From contig NC_135916.1 in NCBI RefSeq assembly GCF_964194155.1, positions 1,798,001 to 1,862,000 on the forward strand: DNA of 64,000 nt. The letters are read 5' to 3'. Of this stretch, positions 55,120-64,000 are shown one piece after another. Source of the DNA: Cetorhinus maximus. Its lineage: Eukaryota. The first letter of the stretch is position 1; every line of letters begins with the position of its first letter. Made by a program: the position numbers and the translations under genes. Under the pieces are notes generated by a model. That model saw only the letters and a program-made list of their open reading frames with translations, ran no database searches and was not told the DNA's origin.

Positions 55120-55388
55120 TTAGGGAGCTGTAAGGATATCCCTGTGTCTTATTGCACAGTGCGGGAGGGGACGGGTGGAGAGTGTGTCAGTGAGTGAGCG
55201 GGAAAATAGGATTTACGTGGGAGGAAAACGAAACATTTCCATCTGAAATCTGCTCTCAGCGCGGAGACAGGGATCAAATGATCAGGGGATCAGCTCTTTC
55301 ATGTGGAATGTGGGTGGCTCTGAAAAGAGCCTTTGGGTTTAGAGGTTTACAATTTGCTCGGGATCTTTCCCTTCTTTTCTGTCTTTGC

Positions 55389-56045
55389 TTATCTCCCTTT
55401 GGGCTTGGCCCTCGCTTTCGCCACTTTTTTGACGCTCGTCACCTTCTTGGCCGGAGACTTTTTCTTGGGGGCTGCTTTCTTCACCGGCTTTTTGGGAGTT
55501 GCCGCCTTCTTGGCTGTTTTCTTGGCCGCTGCTTTCTTCGCTGGGGATTTCTTGGCCGCTGCTTTCTTGACTGGAGTCTTCTTGGCCGTTGTTTTCTTGA
55601 CTGGAGTTTTCTTGGCCGCTGCTTTCTTTGCTGTCACCTTCTTGGCTGCCGCTTTCTTCACTGGAGATTTCTTGCCAACTGCTGCCTTCGCCTTCTTTCC
55701 CACTTTCCCTGGGGTTGTGTTCTTAGGGATTTTGAAGGAGCCCGAGGCGCCCGTGCCCTTGACCTGAACCAGGAAGCCATTCTTCACATTCCTCTTGATG
55801 CTTTGCTTGATCTGGGAGCCCAGTTTCTCCACATCCACCCCATTGCCGCGCAGCGCCTTCTTGATCGCGGGCAGCGACATCCCCTTGCGATCGCTGCAAT
55901 CCGCCACCAAATTGAGGATCTGCTCGCCCAGCTTGGGACCGGCTGCACCGCTCCGGGGAGCCGCCTTCTTCTTCTTCTTGGGAGTCTTGACCTGGGCGGC
56001 GGGAGCGGCTGGAGGAGCCGTTTCGGCGGCTGCAGTATCGGTCAT
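55389..56045 (-). CDS. H1: Linker histone H1
   Basis: 218 aa paralog with several substitutions; stem-loop at 55316-55331. Confidence 0.96.
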   Translation of the reverse strand: MTDTAAAETAPPAAPAAQVKTPKKKKKAAPRSGAAGPKLGEQILNLVADCSDRKGMSLPAIKKALRGNGVDVEKLGSQIKQSIKRNVKNGFLVQVKGTGASGSFKIPKNTTPGKVGKKAKAAVGKKSPVKKAAAKKVTAKKAAAKKTPVKKTTAKKTPVKKAAAKKSPAKKAAAKKTAKKAATPKKPVKKAAPKKKSPAKKVTSVKKVAKARAKPKGR

Positions 56046-56769
56046 GTTCCGGGACTCTGCACAAAAGTGTCTCTGTCAATCTGAACGGGCTCAGAAATGA
56101 AGCCGCTGGTGTCGGCACTGAGCAACTTAAAGGCAGCGAGCGGACGGGGCGGAGACAGGATGCTGTCAGCTCCAGGCTGCTGCTGCCTCTCTGTGTTTTT
56201 CTCTCCTCACAAACTCCCCAATTCCATGGAAATTCCGGCTCTCCAGTGTCCCAGACTAAATCCTTCTTATCTCTGACATTGTAATGTTCGCTGTTGATAA
56301 GATTTGACGCGAACTGAAGACTCGAATTTCGATTAAAACCGGATTTACTGCGGCTCCTTCACCCGATCTCTGACATATCCTCTACTTATCGACTGAAATC
56401 TAGATAACAACAAAGAAATTGTCTTCAAATCTCACTTTAGCGTCAAGCTGGGGAAAAGAGGGAACTTTTGAATATAAAATATTTTTAGTTTAGGCAAGCA
56501 GAACTCGGAAATCTCATGATCAGAACGGATACGGAAACACAGTTTCATTCCTCTGACTCGCCCGCCCAGTTCCAACACTCTCTTACACAATGTTCAGATC
56601 TACATGTTTACAGGCAACAACGGTCAATAATGTGAATCTCTCAGGCGTGAATTCCTCCTCTTTTTCGTACTTTTCTCCCTTTTCTATGAAGAATATTGTC
56701 GATTGTAAACTCAGCGAACGTTTAGCTCTCTGAGGCATGGGAGCCGTAGATGGTCTCATTCGCAAATTG

Positions 56770-57655
56770 GTGTTTAACGGCGAGGTTGAGTGGGTTGGGC
56801 TACAGGAAGATATAGACGGGATGGTCAAGTGGCAGATAAGTGGCAGATGGAGTTTTACCCTGAAAACTGTGAGGTGATACACTATGGAAGGAGTAATTTG
56901 ACAAGGAAGTATTCAATGAACGGCATGACACTAGGAAGATCTGAGGAACAAAGGGACCTTGGCGTGTGCGTCCCTAGATCTCTGAAGGTGGAGGGGCATG
57001 TTAGTGGGGTGGGGGAAAGGCACATGAGACACTTGCCTTAATAAATCGAGGCATAGATTACAAAGGTAGGGAGGTCATGTTGGAGTTGTATAGAGCCTTG
57101 GTGAGGCTACAGCTGGAGTACAATCTGGTGGCCACATTATATGAAGGATGTGATTGCACTGGAGGTGGTGCAGAGGAGATTCACCAGGATGTGGCCTGGT
57201 ATGAAACATTTAGGTTATGAAAAGAGGTTGGATTCTCTTGTGTTGTTTACGTTGGAGCAGAGAGGGCTGATGGGCGACCTGATCGAGGTGTACAAGATTA
57301 TTAGGGACATAGACAGTATGGATAGGGAGCAGGTGTTCCCCTTAGCTGAAGGATCAGTCACAAGGGGGTATAAGTTCAAGGTGAGGGGCAGGTGGTTCAT
57401 GGCGACTGTGAGGAATAACTTTTTTAACCCAGAGGGTGGTGACGGACTGGATTGCACTGCCTGGGAGGGTGGTCATGGCGGGTTGCCTCACATCCTTTTA
57501 AAAGTGCCTGGATGAGCACTTGGCAAGTCATAACATTCAGGCCTATGGGCTATGTGCTGGTAAATGTGATTAAGTAGGTAGGTCAGGTGTTTCTCACGTG
57601 TCAGTGCAGACTCGATGGGCCGAAGGGCCTCTTCTGCACTTTGTGTGATTCTGTG
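56770..57655 (+). mobile_element. CR1 LINE 3' fragment (same family as 14.2 kb copy, different site)
   Basis: ADKWQMEF, QRRFTRM, GDLIEVYKII; gtgattctgtgat tail. Confidence 0.88.
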
Positions 57656-59008
57656 ATATGTCATTTCACGCTATTATCTGAAAAGCTCACATCAAGATGT
57701 TTATTTCTGGTGACAATATAAATTTACTGCAACTGGTCCCTCCAGACTTCCCTGTTTATGTTGCTCCTCCTGAACTGACAGGTCACAATTTCACAGTTTG
57801 CAATGTACCCCTACCTCAACAACCAGAGCGGGCCAGTTATATATGAACACAAAGACGTGCATAGTCACGTTCCTGAAAATGAAAGGTGTTTTCAGAGTTT
57901 GTTTTGATTTTTGTTTGGAGATGATCCGATGAAATAAAAGTAAAATAGTGCGGGTGTTGGAAATCTGAAACAAAAACAAAAATAGCTGGAAAAACTCAGC
58001 AGGTCTGAGAGCCTCTGTGGAGAGGAAGACAGAGTTAACTTTTCGAGTCAGTCTGACTCTTCTTCACCTGAAATCAATTTAGTAATCAGATCAAATGTCA
58101 GGCCTGAATTTCCGAGAGGAGAAGGAACAGTGACATTCTGACTCATAACACGGGGCGAGTGTTCACATTGCCAGTGTATATTGACCTATCATTAACATTA
58201 GTAACAGAAGTCGCGAGATAGGGGGGGGAGGGAGCAAGAGTGAAGGAGATAAAAGGAGCAAGGGAGGGAGAAACAGAGAAATCGCTCTCTCTATTGCTAC
58301 CACGTGTCAATATAGCAATGAGTGGCCCTCGCATCTATCATCGGATAGAGGCATACATTTTATAATTATTTCAAAAGATTATAAAAATATGATAATTAAT
58401 AATTTTGTCCCAAACATCTTTTAGAACCAGAGAGGGATATAATTATATTGAAATTATTCAGTGAATTTTCCTGACTAGATTCCTGAAATGATGCTGTGGG
58501 CTGATGAGGGAATCATAAACAAGTTGAACTTTTAATCATTGGAACTTAGAAGATTGAGAGGTTTCCTTTTTGAAACACCGAAGATTCTGAACCTGATAGG
58601 GAAAACTAATTTAAAACTGACAGACCCACAGAGGTGAGAGATGACGTGATTCAGCTCCAGCTATTACTGGGCCAAAGGCAGACACATTTCTATCACACAA
58701 ACAGAAGTAATGTCAGTGGGTGAGGTGAATAGTATCCGAAATGTAATGATCCATAATCTCTGGAGCTCTCTTTAAACTTTGGACACAAAATGTTCGAATT
58801 GACACTCAGTGACTGAGAGGTTCAAACGGATTATATTAAACAGTGACTTTTAAGACCAGACATTAACTTCTGCCTGGTCACAGCAAACACATAGATTCAC
58901 TGATAAAAACAAAAAGCTAAAAGCTACTGCGGATGCTGGAAATCCAAAACAAAAACAGAATTACCTGGAAAAACTCAGCAAGTCTGGCAGCATCGGCGGA
59001 GAAGAAAT

Positions 59009-59049
59009 CAGTTAACGTTTCGAGCCTTCATGGCCCTTCAGCAGAACTG
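59009..59049 (-). ncRNA. Minimal hammerhead ribozyme motif
   Basis: CAGUU-CUGCUGA-A-GGGCC/GGCUC-GAAAC-GUU-AACUG. Confidence 0.68.
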
Positions 59050-59406
59050 CAGCATAGTTTCAACAAGGGAGAAATATAAATTGGTTTAAGGTGGGTGGGG
59101 GGTGGGGGGGGGGGGAAGAGACACATTGAGGGTGTGGTGTGAGCAGATAATCAAAAGATGTCACAGACAAAAGGATCAAAGAGGTGTTGAAGGTGGTGGT
59201 CTTTGTCTGAGAAAAGTGCTAATTAAGAATGGAAAACAGGATATTCAAAGTACAGCTCTAGTGGGGGTGGAAAGACTAAAGGTTTTAGTTTTAGATTTAA
59301 AAATAATGGAAATAGGTGGGGAAAGAAGAATCTATATAAATTATTGAAAAAAAAGCGGGTGGGGGGGGGGGAAAAGAAACGGGGTGGGGATGGGGGGAGG
59401 GGGAGT

Positions 59407-61303
59407 TTAAGATCTAAAGTTGTTGAATTCAATATTCAGCCCAGTGGGCTGTAAAGTGCCTAGTCGGAAGATGAGGTGCTGTTCCTCCAGTTTGCGTTGG
59501 GCTTCACTGGAACAATGCAGCAAGCCAAGGACAGACATGTGGGCAAGAGAGCAGGGTGGAGTGTTAAAATGGCAAGCGACAGGGAGGTTTGGGTCTTTCT
59601 TGCGGACAGACCGCAGTTGTTCCGCAAAACGGTCGCCCAGTTTGCGTTTGGTCTCTCCAATGTAGAGGAGACCGCATTGGGAGCAACGAATGCAGTAGAC
59701 TAAGTTAGGGGAAATGCAAGTGAAATGCTGCTTCACTTGAAAGGAGTGTTTGGGCCCTTGGACGGTGAGGAGAAAGGAAGTGAAGGGGCAGGTGTTGCAT
59801 CTTCTGCGTGGGCATGGGGAGGTGCCATAAGTGGGGGTTGAGGAGTAGGGGGTGATGGAGGAGTGGACCAGGGTGTCCCGGAGGGAACGATCCCTACGGA
59901 ATGCCGTCAAGGGGGGTGAAGAGAAGATGTGTTTGGTGGTGGCATCATGCTGGAGTTGGCGGAAATGGCGGAGGATGATCCTTTGAATGCGGAGGCTGGT
60001 GGGGTGATAAGTGAGGACAAGGGGGACCCTATCATGTTTCTGGGAAGGAGGAGAAGGCGTGAGGGAGGATGCGCGGGATATGGGCCGGATACGGTTGAGG
60101 GCCCTGTCAACGACCGTGGATGGAAAACCTCGGTTAAGGAAGAAGGAGGACATGTCAGAGGAGCTGTTTTTGAAGGTAGCGTCATCAGAACAGATGCGAC
60201 GGAGGCGAAGGAACTGAGAGAATGGGATGGAGTCTTTACAGGAAGCGGGGTGTGAGGAGCTGTAGTCGAGGTAGCTGTGGGAGTCGGTAGGCTTGTAATG
60301 GATATTGGTGGACAGTCTATCATCAGAAATTGAGACAGAGAGGTCAAGGAAGGGAAGAGAAGTGTCAGAGATGGACCATGTGAAGATGATGGAGGGGTGG
60401 AGATTGGAAGCAAAATTAATAAATTTTTCCAGGTCCCGACGAGAGCATGAAGCAGCACCGAAGTAATCATCGATGTACCGGAGAAAGAGTTGTGGGAGGG
60501 GGCCGGAGTAGGACTGGAACAAGGAATGTTCCACATACCCCATAAAGAGACAGGCATAGCTGGGGCCCATGCGGGTACCCATAGCCACACCTTTTATTTG
60601 GAGGAAGTGAGAGGAGTTAAAGGAGAAATTGTTCAGTGTGAGAACAAGTTCAGCCAGGCGGAGGAGAGTAGTGGTGGATGGGGATTGTTGGGGCCTCTGT
60701 TCAAGGAAGAAGCTGAGGGCCCTCAGACCATGCTGGTGGGGGATGGAGGTGTAGAGGGATTGGACATCCATGGTGAAGAGGAAGCGGTTGGGGCCAGGGA
60801 ACTGGAAATTGTTGATGTGACGTAAGGTGTCAGAGGAATCACGGATGTAGGTGGGAAGGGACTGGACAAGGGGAGAGAGAAGGGAGTCAAGATAACGAGA
60901 AATGAGTTCCGTGGGGCAGGAACAGGCTGACACGATCGGTCTGCCAGGACAGTTCTGTTTGTGGATTTTGGGTAGGAGGTAGAAGCAGGCCATCCGAGGT
61001 TGGGCGACTATCAAGTTGGAAGCTGTGGGAGGAAGATCTCCAGAGGAGATGAGGTCAGTGACAGTCCTGGAAACAATGGCTTGATGTTCTGTGGTGGGGT
61101 CATGGTCCAGGGAGAGGTAGGAGGAAACGTCTGCGAGTTGACGCTCAGCCTCCGCGAGGTAGAGGTCCATGCGCCAGACAACAACAGTACCACCTTTGTC
61201 AGAGGGTTTGATGACAATGTTGGGGTTGGACCTGAGAGAACGGAGTGCAGTGAGTTCAGAGAGAGACAGATTAGAATGGGTGAGAGGAGCAGAGAAATTG
61301 AGA
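59407..61303 (-). CDS. Penelope-like reverse transcriptase + GIY-YIG endonuclease (N-terminally truncated, open frame)
   Basis: Motifs KPSDKGG, YLLPKIHK, GRPIVS, MDVQSLYTSI, GVAMG, RYIDD, FLDL, CPRRRCNTC linker, VYCIRCSQCGLLYIGET; the listed ORF start at 61389 comes from the inverted pLTR and flank. Confidence 0.88.
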
Positions 61304-61539
61304 CGGCTCGAAACGTTAACTGATTTCTTCTCCGCCGATGCTGCCAGACTTGCTGAGTTTTTCCAGGTAATTCTGTTTTTTTTTGACATAGATTCACTGG
61401 GCGGATTGATTTCCTAAACCGGTGAATGAACAGCAAAGATGCTGCAGGGAGCGATATCAGTTTGAGCTTCATTCAGGAATCGTCTACCTGCCTGAAACTC
61501 TGCCCGTTCCACACAGCCCCATTGTGATGCTCAAGCTGG

Positions 61540-62075
61540 AGAACATTGAATGAGGGGCGGAGCACAAGACGTTTGTTCTGTGACGTCTGTTCCAGGGAAG
61601 CGCTTGCGCATTGCTGCCCTCCTTCAGTTTCCTCAGACATGGCTAGAAGAGCGCATGCGCCCCTCATTTCTCCCAAGAACTGACCTTTGAGGGCCTTTCA
61701 CTCAGTGAGCGGGAGACCTTTGTTTCAAACAGATAGAAATGGAAATCTTAGGGCCCGGGTAAGCGAGTAAACAGCGTTCTGATTCCAGCAGGGCCCCGGT
61801 TTGTCAGTGTGGACACAGAAATCATCATTGACTCGGGGTAAGTTCAGGGGGAACCGGGGGCTGTTTGTAAGAGGCGGAGCGGAGCGGGAACGTGTTCCAG
61901 AACTTGGAGTGAGCGGGTGGACGGGGAGAGGCCTTTCTGGGGCTGTGTGTGGCCCTGCTGAGGGAGACAGAACCTGAGCAAGCTGCAATTGAAAACTATT
62001 GGGATTTTCTCCCCTCAAACCTGTAATGCATATTCCAAGTATAGCTGCTGATTCATGCAACTTGTCGGCATTTGG
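61540..62075 (+). promoter_or_regulatory. Module X copy 4 (type b)
   Basis: GC box, TGACGTC, GCGCTTGCGC (61600), GCGCATGCGC (61651), conserved core. Confidence 0.6.
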
Positions 62076-62934
62076 ACAGTGAACAGTGGTAACAGGCAGA
62101 GAGTAAGGAGGAGAGTAACCATGTAGGGGTCACGCTTTGGAAGCACCAGCTATTAAGATATAAACATTTTAGCACCGGCTGAGAGCTGGATATTGATATC
62201 TGAACTGTCTTTGTATCCTCGGGGAGTGTCACCCTTGGAGCCATACAGATATGGATTGTTTCTGAGTATCACTCAATTGCTTGAAAACTACCAAAGCAGG
62301 TTGCTGACGTGGAATCAGACACTGTAGTATTTATTGTATCGTTATGTTTTGCATCTAGATATATATTTTTTTATTTATTGTCAGTTGAAAGATTATGTTG
62401 ACCTATTGTCTTTCAATGTCCTCTGCTGATTTTGTGTTACAAGACTTTTGTTTCTTCCTCCAGGCAAATCAATGAAGGGATCAGTTTCAAGCTGATGATA
62501 TCCCAGGAAAAATAAACGTCTAGCCACCTCTTTCTAACTGACAGGTACGATGTTACTCCGAGAGTGCGGAGATACAGACAGAACATCAGCTCCACCATCA
62601 CCAAGAACAGAAATAGTCAGGCTCAAATTGATCTCAAACCCAGGTACAAATGCTCCATCCAATGGTCAGACACTCAGGGGAGGTGGAATAATTTTACCAC
62701 AGTACACTCCTACTCAGTACTGCTGAATTGCAGGTCCACCAATTGCAGTCAACAATCACAGCCATTATCAGATTGAAGGGCAGCCCATTCATGTCACAAG
62801 AGTAGAACATCGCCTGCAATTTAAATACCAGGTATTAAAACTGATTGAAATTTACAGGATTAATCCTTGAGTGCACCCAGCATTCATAAAGCAACACCAT
62901 AAATTCAACACCAAAGATCCCATATAATATCTTT

Positions 62935-63557
62935 TTTTAAATTCATTCACGGGATGTTTGCTTTTCTGGCTGTGCCACCATTTAGTTGCCCTTGAGAAGG
63001 TGGTGGTGAGCTGCTTTCTTGAACTCCTGCTGTCCACGTGGTGTAGGTACACCCACAGTGCTGTTAGGGAGGCAGTTCCAAAATTTTTCCCCAGCGACAG
63101 TGAAGGAACAGGATATATTTCCAATTCAGGATCGTGCAGTGACTTGGAGGGGAAATTCTAGCTGGAGGTGTTCCCATCTACCTTCAGGGTCGACAGGGCT
63201 GAATTTAGTCATTTTTGTTTCCGGTGCCTCAGTCAGTGTCGGGTGGTCCATCTGATTCCATTCCATTTTTGTGACTTTTTAGCAGTTTATTACAAGTGAG
63301 TGGCCAAGTGGGTCTAACACAACACCACATGTAGACCAGACTAAGTAAGGACAACAGGTTTCCGGCATTGGTCAACCAGGTGGGTTCTTACAACAATCGA
63401 CAATGGTCACCATTATTCTTTTAATTCCAGATTTTTATTGAATTCACAATCCGCCAAACCTCGGCAGGATTCGAACCCGGGTCCCCAGAGTATTACCCTA
63501 GGTCTTTGGATTAATAGTGACAACAATGACAACATCACAACACCATCGCCTCCCCCT
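62935..63557 (-). mobile_element. tRNA-derived SINE with LINE-like tail
   Basis: B box GGTTCGAATCC at 63467-63477; absent from type a units. Confidence 0.7.
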
Positions 63558-64000
63558 GATAATGATAAAGTACATATTCATTAAGACAGACACACATACA
63601 CATCACGTGCCAGGTCAATATACTCACTAATAGTTATATCAACAGATCTCTACAAACAAGATAGGTTAAACCTTAACTGACAAAGCAGATATTGACAAGT
63701 ACGGCAAATAACATTACAGCTTTGTCATAGGAGAGACTGACAGATACAGAAGAAACCTGAATTCCCATGACAGGGGCAGATGCTTACATTGTAAAACCAC
63801 AGACACATACCAGCGATAGAAAGGTGTAGAATAAAATCAAGTTTCCCATAACAGAATTTGAAAAATAGGAAGAAAATGGATACCCAGAAAGCAGACGTTG
63901 ATAGCTACGGTAAAATCACACATGAACATGCATCAAAATCTGTAGGTTTGGGTTGAGGGGTTGTGGGGAGGGAGCGAATGGTCCATGCTCACACACTAAA

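Larger units (their letters stand above)
58903..61385 (-). mobile_element. Penelope-like element (Neptune type), 5'-truncated, with inverted partial pLTR
   Basis: RT and GIY-YIG ORF; pLTR 58903-~59400; inverted pLTR piece 61305-61385; 14 bp flanking direct repeat ACATAGATTCACTG. Confidence 0.93.

Noticed and set aside
61304-61389. N-terminus of the 660 aa Penelope ORF as a real start
   Set aside because: It derives from the inverted pLTR fragment and flank; the element is 5'-truncated.
63460-63557. tRNA genes at B-box-like motifs (also 10020-10082, ~19140, ~31470)
   Set aside because: No complete cloverleaf; the motifs belong to SINE heads or are too degenerate.

Overview
Vertebrate replication-dependent histone gene cluster, most likely from a cartilaginous fish (inferred from the CR1, tRNA-SINE and Penelope repeat content). 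The window holds about three diverged units of ~17-25 kb and the start of a fourth. Each unit runs: GC-rich promoter/first-exon-like module 'X', long A-rich spacer, H2A(+), H3(-), H4(-), H1(-). Units alternate between two types (a: 1 and ~42.2 kb; b: ~17.3 and ~61.6 kb), giving a ~42-44 kb higher-order repeat. No H2B gene or remnant was found. Intact genes: 3 H2A, 2 H3 (H3.2 type), 3 H4, 3 H1, all with 3' stem-loops. Damaged copies: an H3 that lost its ATG and promoter, a frameshifted H4, an orphan H1 3' end and an orphan H3 distal promoter at an inversion/deletion. Mobile DNA includes Neptune-type Penelope-like elements (RT + GIY-YIG) with minimal hammerhead ribozyme motifs, CR1 LINE fragments, tRNA-derived SINEs and a solo LTR. 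The least explained feature is module X: a ~270 bp non-coding core that is almost as homogenised as the histone genes, preceded by paired NRF1-type motifs and followed by a conserved splice-site-bounded exon. All identities were judged by eye and repeat boundaries are approximate.
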